Positions 1 to 7,618 of a DNA stretch of 17,392 nucleotides are shown here, piece by piece (the first letter of the stretch is position 1; each line of letters begins with the position of its first letter). The position numbers and the translations under genes were made by a program. Origin of the DNA: a virus (lineage: Duplodnaviria > Heunggongvirae > Uroviricota > Caudoviricetes); IMG/VR virus record IMGVR_UViG_2778261152_000002, positions 1 through 17,392 of that record, one strand, 5' to 3'. Under the pieces are notes generated by a model that ran no database searches, was not told where the DNA came from, and saw only the letters and a program-made list of their open reading frames with translations.

Positions 1-6
1 GAGGCA

Positions 7-222
7 TTATTCACCTCTCGCAGCCTTGCGCTTATCTTCTTTAATCTTGAAATAAAGGTTTGTCAGGTACGTCAGCAAGCCAAATACCAGACTACCCAGC
101 ACACCTATTGCCGCCCACTGTGAGGGCGTGACTTTATCGAGCAACTGTAAAAACCAGTACCCGGCACTACCTGCTGAGGTGCCATAGGCGACACCCGTTG
201 TTAACTTATCCATGGATTTCAT
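7..222 (-). CDS. S: Class II holin (pinholin), phage 21 S-like, with dual start
   Basis: 71 aa beginning MKSMDK (Met1 and Met4 give the antiholin/holin dual-start motif), two hydrophobic segments, charged C-terminus [16 protein letters not shown] at 220-222, SD GAGGTGG upstream, TAA at 7-9. Close to phage 21 S as recalled from memory. Confidence 0.85.
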
Positions 223-257
223 AACCCCACCTCGCAGATGCGGGTGCTGTGTAATGG

Positions 258-282
258 AAATAAAAAGGCCACCTACCTGGCC
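258..282 (-). terminator. Candidate intrinsic terminator between methyltransferase and holin
   Basis: Minus-strand RNA folds GGCCA-GGUAGG-UGGCC (plus coordinates 267-282) followed by UUUUUAUUU (plus A-run 258-266). Lies 6 nt after the methyltransferase stop. Confidence 0.35.
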
Positions 283-288
283 ACCAGA

Positions 289-1341
289 TTATTTCCCCAC
301 CAGCTCGTTTATCTCTTTCACTGTCTGGTTAAACCGCTCTGACTCAAGCTCAACACCTAAGGCCCGACGCCCCAGCGCCATTGCTGCTTTTATTGTGGAA
401 CCGGATCCCATAAAAAAATCAGCAACCAGATCACCAGGTCGACTACTGGCATTGATTATTTGCCGGAGCATATCCGCAGGTTTCTCACACGGATGTTTAC
501 CCGGGTAGAACTGAACGGGTTTATGCATCCAGACATCGGTATAAGGCACGGAGACTGATACGGAGAAATAGCGCCGGAGAGATTTAAACTCATCCAGCAA
601 TTCAGAATATTTGCGATTCAGTGAATCATAAGATGCCACCAGCTGGTGGTGTGGTTGTTCCAGTTGTTGTTCCTGAAACTTCTCTGCCGCTATACGGGAA
701 AACAGTGCCTGTAACTTCCGATAGTCAGCCTCATTCGGCAACTGCCACTGACTGGCACCAAACCAGTGGGAAACCATATTTTTCTTACCTGTGGCTTCGG
801 CAATTTGTTTTGCCGTTATACCCAGTTCGGCACGAGCATCCCTGAAATACGATATCAGCGGTGCCATTATGTGCTGTTTGAGTTCCCTTTCTTTTGCCGC
901 ATAGCAGTCACTTTTGCCGCGATATGGCCCCTGGTAATGTTCAGCAAACAGAACGCGCTCTGTGGCAGGAAAATATGCGCGCAGACTTTCTTTATTACAC
1001 CCATTCCAACGTCCGGACGGCTTCGCCCAGATGATATGGTTAAGCACGTTGAAACGTTCACGCATCATGATCTCAATATCAGATGCCAGGCGATGCCCAC
1101 AGAACAGGTAAAGGCTTCCGGCAGGCTTTAACACCCGCCAGAACTGGGCCAGACAGTGGTCCAGCCACTTAAGGTAATCTTCGTCCCCTTTCCACTGATT
1201 GTCCCAGCCGTTGGGTTTCACCTTGAAGTACGGCGGATCGGTAACAATCAGGTCAATGGAATCATCAGGCAGGGACTGAATAAAATGCAGGCAATCAGCG
1301 TTGATTAAATCAACACTGTTTATTTTTACAGTATTTTTCAT
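289..1341 (-). CDS. DNA methyltransferase, beta-class (DPPY before FxGSG), probably N6-adenine
   Basis: 350 aa. Motif IV DPPY near the N-terminus (IVTDPPYF), SAM-binding FFMGSGS near the C-terminus. ATG at 1339-1341, TAA at 289-291. Confidence 0.85.
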   Translation of the reverse strand: MKNTVKINSVDLINADCLHFIQSLPDDSIDLIVTDPPYFKVKPNGWDNQWKGDEDYLKWLDHCLAQFWRVLKPAGSLYLFCGHRLASDIEIMMRERFNVLNHIIWAKPSGRWNGCNKESLRAYFPATERVLFAEHYQGPYRGKSDCYAAKERELKQHIMAPLISYFRDARAELGITAKQIAEATGKKNMVSHWFGASQWQLPNEADYRKLQALFSRIAAEKFQEQQLEQPHHQLVASYDSLNRKYSELLDEFKSLRRYFSVSVSVPYTDVWMHKPVQFYPGKHPCEKPADMLRQIINASSRPGDLVADFFMGSGSTIKAAMALGRRALGVELESERFNQTVKEINELVGK

Positions 1342-1491
1342 GGATCAGTAAGCGTAACTCTGGTAGGCTCACTCTGCTTTTGCGCTAAAGCAGTGGGCCG
1401 TGGTTCGCTTGTGACCAGTAAGCATGAGCGAATGGCTGGCAGGTGCTACCAACACCCACCAGCCGCCCATTTTCACAGCAGGAAACCGCCA

Positions 1492-1719
1492 TTACTGGCA
1501 GCGTCTGAATTTATTCCCGTACCCGCCGTTATCCTTCGCCAGACCCGCCAGAACTAACTGAGTCAGTATTAACTGGCACCGGGCTTCGCTTACTCCGGTA
1601 GTTCTCGTCATCATGCGTGGCGTTACCCACTTGTCAGCAGGTAAGAAATGAAGGACTGCGGCGGCGGTTTCTGTCATATCTTGCTGTTTTAGCATGTCTT
1701 TTTCCCTTCTGGTTAACAT
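1492..1719 (-). CDS. Hypothetical small phage protein (possible winged-helix DNA-binding)
   Basis: 75-aa ORF with ATG at 1717-1719. An internal ATG at 1693-1695 (Met9) has a better SD (GAAGGGA) and may be the true start. No family recognised. Confidence 0.5.
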   Translation of the reverse strand: MLTRREKDMLKQQDMTETAAAVLHFLPADKWVTPRMMTRTTGVSEARCQLILTQLVLAGLAKDNGGYGNKFRRCQ

Positions 1720-1817
1720 GACATACCAATAACTCTTGTCTAAAAAGCCAGCAAGATAAAAAGTCAGTATTCACGACCACCAGCGTGTTTACTGTACTGC
1801 ACCAAGTTTACAGGTAC

Positions 1818-1840
1818 AAAAAAACCGCTCAGCGGCGGGT
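1818..1840 (-). terminator. Candidate intrinsic terminator (possible tR'-like element)
   Basis: Minus-strand RNA: G-CCGC-UGA-GCGG-U stem (4 GC pairs plus a G.U) followed by seven U (plus A-run 1818-1824). Short stem, so weak call. Confidence 0.3.
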
Positions 1841-1955
1841 TTAAGTTGTGTGGCGAAGTAACCACTCTTAACACGATACAATAGTTTTTGCGTACGCGTT
1901 AGTGGTTATGTAAACTTTCTCCATATAAAAACAGCAAAGAAGCGGATATTTTGAA

Positions 1956-2984
1956 ATGGCTACACTGGACGCATTCAGTAGAGTAATAACTCATCATACT
2001 ATTACGATCGATACACAATACCGTACACAGAAAATTGATGATAGCATCAGATCGAACTGTGTTTGCCCGGTACCAACAATGCGTGAACTTGCTTCTAAAA
2101 TAGTACGTTGTAAAGCAATGATGCACAGTTATGAAAAAGGAGACTTAGTTTTAACTTTGCAAGATGTAATCTTCTTATCAAACAGAGCCGATAAAAAACC
2201 CAGCCATCTTGGTCTTTTAATTAATGCTGTAGATAAAAATGGAAGCACTACTGTGTTAAAAAACATTAATACAGATGTTCGTACCGAAATATCACCAAAA
2301 CATGAGGAAGGTGAAGGTTACGAAGTTTCTTCTCATATGATTATTTCTCTAGACGGAAATATGCGAACCTATGACATGAGTTTTATGCCAATACCAGGAG
2401 TTTCCACAGCAAAAATAAATGGTTTCCTGAATAAAGTTCTCTTTAACGTAGCCAAAGATAATGAAGATATCTTTTCATGTAACACTTTAACAAATGAAGT
2501 ATCAAGTTTAACAAAGAAAAAAATAAAAGTATTATACAAGCCAGTCTTTGATATATCTGGAAAGTTAGATGAAGATTTGTTCAATAAAATAAATAAAGAA
2601 GGACTTTCTGATGTCGTTTTGGTAAAGAATGAATACAGAACTATTAATGCGCCAGATGTTAACGCGGCTATTATTCCTAAAGAAAGTACTTTACGCTTAG
2701 TACCAAACCATGGCCCCAACAATGTCCTTGGATGGATAAAATCTGTCTCAAACTTCTTTAAAGAAGATAAAAATGGAGGTTATGACTTAATAAAAATAAA
2801 ATTCAAAGAGCCAGAGACAGGATTCACAAGACAAGTTGACCTTCAAACTTCAAATGTAAGGCTCGATGGGCTGGAAAAAACATTTATCAAAAAGAGTGTA
2901 ATAAATGGTTTTTCTTCGCGCTTAAAGGATTCTTATGATAGTATTAACATGGAGTTTGTGAATAAGATTATCGAGGTCATGTGA
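1956..2984 (+). CDS. Hypothetical soluble protein, first gene of AT-rich two-gene cassette
   Basis: 342-aa ORF, ATG 1956, TGA 2982-2984. K/N/D/I-rich, no TM segments, no nucleotide-binding or catalytic motif I can recognise. Markedly lower G+C than flanking phage genes. Opposite strand to the surrounding late operon. Confidence 0.7.
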   Translation: MATLDAFSRVITHHTITIDTQYRTQKIDDSIRSNCVCPVPTMRELASKIVRCKAMMHSYEKGDLVLTLQDVIFLSNRADKKPSHLGLLINAVDKNGSTTVLKNINTDVRTEISPKHEEGEGYEVSSHMIISLDGNMRTYDMSFMPIPGVSTAKINGFLNKVLFNVAKDNEDIFSCNTLTNEVSSLTKKKIKVLYKPVFDISGKLDEDLFNKINKEGLSDVVLVKNEYRTINAPDVNAAIIPKESTLRLVPNHGPNNVLGWIKSVSNFFKEDKNGGYDLIKIKFKEPETGFTRQVDLQTSNVRLDGLEKTFIKKSVINGFSSRLKDSYDSINMEFVNKIIEVM

Positions 2985-2991
2985 GGCTAAT

Positions 2992-3567
2992 ATGATTAGT
3001 ATATTTTCACATTTATTTAGACCGTTTGGTTACCTTTTCATTAAGGGAATTAGTGGTAAGTGCGCATACGATTTTTATGCACCTGCCGGGCTTGCTGTGA
3101 TTTCTTTTTTTTACTTTTATTTATTTAAAATACCCACATCAGACCTACTAAAAGATGGCGGCTTTATTAAGTCTATATCTGGATTTGTATCAAATCTGCC
3201 AGGTTTTTATATAGCAGCTCTTGCAGCAATAGCCACTTTCAACAGAGAACAAATTGACTACCCTCTGATAGGAACTAATGGCACGCCTTTTATTAAAATT
3301 ACACGAACAAAAGAAAATGGTAGAATTGTTGACACTCAAGAGAAACTTACCAGAAGATTATTTCTGTGCATGTTATTTTCATTTTTAACTGCCCTCAGCA
3401 TATGCATAGTGATTTTCAACGCTTTTATCACACCACTAATAAACATACTGAATAATGATATAGCAAACTGGTGCTATATCATTATCTTTTTATTCCTTAC
3501 ATGGCAAATGCTTGTTTCAACATTTTTTGGACTATACTATCTTGGTGATAGGATTCACATTAATTAA
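2992..3567 (+). CDS. Hypothetical integral membrane protein (about 4 TM helices), second gene of cassette
   Basis: 191 aa. ATG 2992 is 7 nt after the upstream stop, with SD GAGG overlapping that stop (translational coupling). Four hydrophobic stretches (about residues 22-45, 62-85, 125-150, 160-185) separated by a charged loop. Confidence 0.7.
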   Translation: MISIFSHLFRPFGYLFIKGISGKCAYDFYAPAGLAVISFFYFYLFKIPTSDLLKDGGFIKSISGFVSNLPGFYIAALAAIATFNREQIDYPLIGTNGTPFIKITRTKENGRIVDTQEKLTRRLFLCMLFSFLTALSICIVIFNAFITPLINILNNDIANWCYIIIFLFLTWQMLVSTFFGLYYLGDRIHIN

Positions 3568-3922
3568 CTACCATAATGGGGTTTATAGTTATTATTACAC
3601 CGCTGATAAACCCCATGGCAGTCTGCAATTCCTTCCTAATTGTGCCATCTGAACATCTTCTCTTCTTGGCAATAGTGCGTAATGAGATACCAATAACAAA
3701 GTGAGCTATGATCAGCTCATATTCCTCTGGTTTATACTTTCGCAACCGAGCCACACAACCGTCTATCATGATGCCTTCATCATCATCACACTGGAGACGT
3801 GACTTTTTACCGTGTGGTAAAAGTCCCTTGAAACCAGCCGCTATCGGCTGCCAGTCCACACCACTATTTTCTGCTGCAGCCCATGCTCCCCAGCGGTCCA
3901 ATACTTCATACATATCACGCAT
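3560..3922 (-). CDS. Late-gene antitermination protein Q (small Q family, QuuD-like)
   Basis: Protein MRDMYEVLDRWGAWAAA...IAAGFKGL...SRLQCDDDEG...CSDG matches the about 125-aa Q-like antiterminator pattern as recalled. The track start at 3937 is TTG; ATG at 3920-3922 with SD GGAGA is preferred. Confidence 0.7.
   Translation of the reverse strand: MRDMYEVLDRWGAWAAAENSGVDWQPIAAGFKGLLPHGKKSRLQCDDDEGIMIDGCVARLRKYKPEEYELIIAHFVIGISLRTIAKKRRCSDGTIRKELQTAMGFISGVIITINPIMVVN
3576..3616. repeat. Perfect 11-bp inverted repeat ATGGGGTTTAT / ATAAACCCCAT with 19-bp spacer
   Basis: Read directly: 3576-3586 and 3606-3616 are exact reverse complements. Sits at the 3' junction of the cassette, inside the C-terminal codons of Q. 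Confidence 0.6.
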
Positions 3923-3939
3923 CAACTTTCTCCACAAAA

Positions 3940-4935
3940 TCAGGCCAGCACGCCAATTGCCAGCGCACGATCGATAAAACGAAATATCAGCTCCAGCTGG
4001 GAGCCATACTTCTCTTCAAATGCCACGGTATCCGCATGCAGCTCGTCGTGATGCTTTCTGCACAAAGGCAACACAAAAAGGTCATGCGCTTTTGTTCCCA
4101 TTCCACCCTGACCGTGACCTATCAGGTGGTGGGGATCATCAGCGGGCTTTCCACAACATGCACACGGCTGTGTCTTAACCCAGCGCGTGTACTTTTCATT
4201 AACCCAGCGGCGACGTTTTGGGCGTAACATAAAAGACTCCGGCGACTCCGGATCCACTTTCAGCGCCAGCACCTTTTTCGCTTTATCCTGGATGATACTG
4301 GTGGCAGGAACCGAAGGCACAAGGTCACTTTCCCGGGTGACAGACGGCACAACAGGCTTCGGTAATCTCAGTGCCTTACGGGCTGCACTTTCCGGTAAGG
4401 CATCCGCCAGGTCATTACGAACCAGCCACCAGCACAGTTCCGGCATTGTCACAACGTGACTGTCATCAAAACCGAGATCCCGACGCACGACAGACAACAC
4501 CCAGCGGGCACAGTTATCCGTTGCCATTGATTCCAGCCGTTCCGTGAATTGATCGCGCAGCTGGTTATCGCAGTGCCAGCACAGACGGATTGCGCCCGGA
4601 GCATGTCGCATTGTGGTCATGTTCTCGCTGTGCCAGTCGGAATGAGGCCACTGACAGCCTTTTTCACGAAGTAACCAGCTTTCAAGACATTCCACGCCAC
4701 CAGCACGACGGATCACTGCCTCATTACGGAACACGGCCCGAACGGCAGGATCATCCGCCAGTGGTTGTGATGCCGCCGGAACGGCACCACTGGCAAAAGA
4801 TGAATAACGTTCCGGCTCAGGCTCCAGCAGGACACGCCCCTGCATAAACAGGGGCATCAGCTCTGAACCAGGCCTGAACAATACGATCCCCATACGCGGG
4901 GCAATTTCAGGGGTCAGTAGTGCTCTCACGATCAC
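3940..4935 (-). CDS. DUF968-like phage protein with C-terminal HNH/zinc-finger-like motif
   Basis: 331-aa ORF (GTG start at 4935, 1 nt after the upstream stop). C-terminus CACCGKPADDPHHLIGHGQGG...LPLCRKHHDELH has paired Cys and His-His typical of HNH-like folds. DUF968 assignment is from memory of Qin prophage YdfU-like proteins. Confidence 0.65.
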   Translation of the reverse strand: MIVRALLTPEIAPRMGIVLFRPGSELMPLFMQGRVLLEPEPERYSSFASGAVPAASQPLADDPAVRAVFRNEAVIRRAGGVECLESWLLREKGCQWPHSDWHSENMTTMRHAPGAIRLCWHCDNQLRDQFTERLESMATDNCARWVLSVVRRDLGFDDSHVVTMPELCWWLVRNDLADALPESAARKALRLPKPVVPSVTRESDLVPSVPATSIIQDKAKKVLALKVDPESPESFMLRPKRRRWVNEKYTRWVKTQPCACCGKPADDPHHLIGHGQGGMGTKAHDLFVLPLCRKHHDELHADTVAFEEKYGSQLELIFRFIDRALAIGVLA

Positions 4936-4936
4936 C

Positions 4937-5746
4937 TCAATGAACGGTATCGAGCAGCTTTAACAGCTCAGGGAATCGGGATTCGAAGAAATGCGGCTGC
5001 GTCTCGCGCGGATTTGCAGGACTGGTGATGTTCTTGCCGAACATGCAGCCTTTCGCCGTCAGCGACCAGAATTTTTTGATGTTGTTAATCGCGGTACGGC
5101 TGTATCGTTCGCGTTGTTCAACGATCCCCAGCTTCACCATCTGGTGATATGCCTGATTAGCCGTCAGGCGGATACCATACTGTTTCAGCAGTGCACTCAG
5201 TGACAGCGTGGGACGGCTTGAGCCATCAGTCGCGTCAGCAGGAGCATCAATGGCATAGCGCGGTGCCAGATTCGGTAAGCCAACAGCCTCCTGGAGTTTC
5301 TGACAGGCACCAAGCACTGAAGAGTTAGACAGGTTTAATTCCCGGCGCATAAAGTCCAGCAGAATCACGCCAGCCTGCATCTTGTCAGCAGCCTGTCCGG
5401 ATAACTTTTCCGGCGCGCTGGTTACCATATCGAAAGTACGGATCACCTTCAGATGGAATGACGGGCTGATCCACATTGCATAGGCATACACCAGTTCCTT
5501 ACAGACATACGTTCCCCGTTCATTTCCCCCATGAATCACACTCACCGGGTCAACACCCAAATTCTGGGTGTTGATTAATTCATGAACAAGATCAACAGTT
5601 TGTTGGCTGGAAAGAAACTTTCCTGGCTCCTTGGTTCTGGCATTTGCACCAGATGCTACTGCTGCGCGATGCAGATCGTTCAGGCTGTAACGCTCATAAG
5701 CATCACGACGAACTTCAATACCATCAATGACCATCAGATTATTCAT
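4937..5746 (-). CDS. KilA-N domain protein (antirepressor-like)
   Basis: 269 aa. N-terminus MVIDGIEVRRDAYERYSLNDLHRAA fits the KilA-N pattern. ATG 5744-5746 with SD AGGAGA 8 nt upstream. Confidence 0.7.
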   Translation of the reverse strand: MNNLMVIDGIEVRRDAYERYSLNDLHRAAVASGANARTKEPGKFLSSQQTVDLVHELINTQNLGVDPVSVIHGGNERGTYVCKELVYAYAMWISPSFHLKVIRTFDMVTSAPEKLSGQAADKMQAGVILLDFMRRELNLSNSSVLGACQKLQEAVGLPNLAPRYAIDAPADATDGSSRPTLSLSALLKQYGIRLTANQAYHQMVKLGIVEQRERYSRTAINNIKKFWSLTAKGCMFGKNITSPANPRETQPHFFESRFPELLKLLDTVH

Positions 5747-5765
5747 ACTTCGTTTCTCCTCTTAA

Positions 5766-6155
5766 TCAGGCAGCTGCACCCGCCGTTTTCTCGTACTTAC
5801 TGATAGTGATCTCGACCTTCCCTTCCGGGATAACCGGTCCCCACTCCACCAGCATTCTTTTCACCTGACTGTCGTCTTCCCACACCCCCGCGTGGGTCAG
5901 GGCGTCAAACAGCGCCTTGTTATAGTTGTCCAGATCGCGGATCCTGTTATCCGGAGGAAACAACACGATCTCCACTGAAGCAGGTGCCGACGTTGGTTTC
6001 GGCAGACGACGTAACTGCTCAACTATTGCTGCGCACGCCGCGCTCTGGAATTTTCGCCCCGCCGCGCTTATCAGGCTCTTACCAGCAAACGCCCCTTTGT
6101 TGGGGTGTCGCCAGTACGTGTTCACGCTGGGCGGAAAAGGCAGGATCAGCTTCAT
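5766..6155 (-). CDS. rusA: Holliday junction resolvase RusA
   Basis: 129 aa with PPSVNTYWRH and RDLDNYNKALFDALTHAGVWEDDSQV, matching the RusA catalytic region. ATGA overlap with the upstream gene. Confidence 0.85.
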   Translation of the reverse strand: MKLILPFPPSVNTYWRHPNKGAFAGKSLISAAGRKFQSAACAAIVEQLRRLPKPTSAPASVEIVLFPPDNRIRDLDNYNKALFDALTHAGVWEDDSQVKRMLVEWGPVIPEGKVEITISKYEKTAGAAA

Positions 6156-6478
6156 ACTTTCAGGCCCCTCTCATGTAACCAGTGGGTTGCACGCAGCCTT
6201 GCGTTTTCCTCACCGGCAAGCAGTGAGCGGATAATCCCGACCGCCTCGCTGTCGTCGTCCTTCACCGCGGTATGAAGCGTGATGCCCCGGGCCACGCCAC
6301 GCTTTATCGTGATGACGCCTTTTTTCTCCAGTGCGCGAAGATGCTCCACCGCTGCATTCACTGAACGGTATCCCAGCATGGTTGCCACCTCCTGATTGGT
6401 TGGCGGGAAGCCACGTTCTTTCTGATAAGAAATCAGCATATCCAGCACCTGCTGCTGGCATTGAGTTAACGTCGTCAT
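6152..6478 (-). CDS. LexA-type winged-helix DNA-binding protein (no peptidase domain)
   Basis: 108 aa. N-terminus LTQCQQQVLDMLISYQKERGFPPTNQEVATMLGYRSVNAAVEHLRALEKKGVI closely parallels the LexA N-terminal DNA-binding domain. SD AGGGAGA, ATG 6476-6478. Confidence 0.6.
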   Translation of the reverse strand: MTTLTQCQQQVLDMLISYQKERGFPPTNQEVATMLGYRSVNAAVEHLRALEKKGVITIKRGVARGITLHTAVKDDDSEAVGIIRSLLAGEENARLRATHWLHERGLKV

Positions 6479-7161
6479 GCCGCCATCTCCCTGACCAGTT
6501 TTTCTGCCTGCTGGCGAACCTGCGCCAGAAAGGCCTCACCACATGCCTCAAGTTCATAGCGCCCGATGTAGCTGATTGCCGGTCCCTTCCAGGTCTTGTC
6601 GAAAACAGCAATAGCACCAGCGAAGAAAGCGCCTGTCGGCACCTGCTTCTCATCCTTCGGGATAAACCAGGCAGGCAGTTCAAAACCAATACGCCCGCGA
6701 ATAAAAGCAATATGATCTGCATCTTCCGGCCACCACACTTCGCTGGTGGCAGCTTTGATCAGGAAAACATAGCGCCCGCCTTTATCACGCATGGCACTGG
6801 CATGCTTCATGATGTAACGCATGCCGGTGATGTATTGCCCCTCATGCTGACTGGCGCGGCTGTATGGGGGATTACCAAAGGCAGCACCTTTAAGCTCCGC
6901 AAGGCATTCTGACCAGTCATGCGCCAGCGCGTTGTCTTCCGCCGTGTAATACGCAGCACATTTGGCGTTATCACCGTCAGTAAACAGATCCAGAACAAAC
7001 GGGCCAAACAGAGTGTTAATTCCCCAGAAAATGTTGTCCGGCGTGCGCCACTGATCGCCCACTTCCTTCAGTTCATGGGCTGGTTTGTTCCGCAGTTCCG
7101 CCAGCGCCTGGCAATATTTATTACTCATTAAGCCCCCACGTAATTCCCTGAGAGATACCAC
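6475..7161 (-). CDS. Phage Dam-like N6-adenine DNA methyltransferase
   Basis: FGNPPYS (NPPY) motif. The track start at 7161 is GTG; ATG at 7126-7128 overlaps the upstream TAA by 1 nt (TAATG) and is the likelier start, giving 217 aa. Confidence 0.75.
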   Translation of the reverse strand: MVSLRELRGGLMSNKYCQALAELRNKPAHELKEVGDQWRTPDNIFWGINTLFGPFVLDLFTDGDNAKCAAYYTAEDNALAHDWSECLAELKGAAFGNPPYSRASQHEGQYITGMRYIMKHASAMRDKGGRYVFLIKAATSEVWWPEDADHIAFIRGRIGFELPAWFIPKDEKQVPTGAFFAGAIAVFDKTWKGPAISYIGRYELEACGEAFLAQVRQQAEKLVREMAA

Positions 7162-7616
7162 TCTTCACCTGATGCAGCCCGCTTACTGCTTTTCCGTAAA
7201 CACCGTTCACGACGCGCCAGAAAATTGTTTCGTTCTGGCTGGGAGTGGCTTTCACGGAATGCCGCCATCCACACCGTTGCAGCACGACGGTATAAGCCCC
7301 TGGACTCCAGTTCTTCCGCCTGGCGGGTCAGGCACAAAATCACCCGCGGGTCGTTAGTGCCGACATAGAAATTGCGCACAGGTCTGGTTTCACGAACTGG
7401 TTGTGGTTCCGGATCCTGCGCTCTCTCAGTCAGGCGCGGGAAATGTCTGTGTGTATCTCCTTCACAACGGTGAGCCACACGCCCACTCTGACGTAACTTG
7501 CTTGCTGACTGCAGAACGCGCTGCCGTGAGTAACCTGCAAAAGCATCCGCAATGTCTCCGGAAGTACAGCCCGGATGGGCTTCAATGAATTTCTGAACGT
7601 CATTCAAAAGACTCAT
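7128..7616 (-). CDS. Hypothetical regulator with PerC-like C-terminal motif
   Basis: ORF to 7622 starts with GTG; ATG at 7614-7616 with SD GGGGTG is preferred. C-terminal LESRGLYRRAATVWMAAF...RRERC resembles the PerC-family signature as recalled. Confidence 0.5.
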   Translation of the reverse strand: MSLLNDVQKFIEAHPGCTSGDIADAFAGYSRQRVLQSASKLRQSGRVAHRCEGDTHRHFPRLTERAQDPEPQPVRETRPVRNFYVGTNDPRVILCLTRQAEELESRGLYRRAATVWMAAFRESHSQPERNNFLARRERCLRKSSKRAASGEEWYLSGNYVGA

Positions 7617-7618
7617 GA

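Noticed and set aside
212-1131. Plus-strand ORFs 212-508, 621-845 and 766-1131, and minus-strand ORF 867-1061
   Set aside because: All lie inside or antisense to the 350-aa methyltransferase gene, which has clear catalytic motifs. Translations are low complexity with no start signals.
1369-1390. Inverted repeat CTGCTTT ... AAAGCAG in the intergenic region between the methyltransferase and the 75-aa gene
   Set aside because: Short imperfect stem with no U tract and no recognisable promoter context; could not assign a function.
1899-2722. Minus-strand ORFs 1899-2126 and 2369-2722
   Set aside because: Antisense to the 342-aa cassette gene; AT-rich DNA readily yields spurious ORFs. No SD, implausible composition.
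1956-3567. Assigning the two-gene cassette to a named family (Kiwa, CBASS, Pycsar, Thoeris)
   Set aside because: No cyclase/nucleotidyltransferase, TIR, SIR2 or cNMP-binding motifs visible. The Kiwa-like size match is undermined by reversed gene order and cannot be verified without a search.
1720-3567. Shiga toxin or another known virulence moron at the Q-to-S position
   Set aside because: Neither protein resembles an A/B toxin: no signal peptides, and the sizes and composition do not fit.
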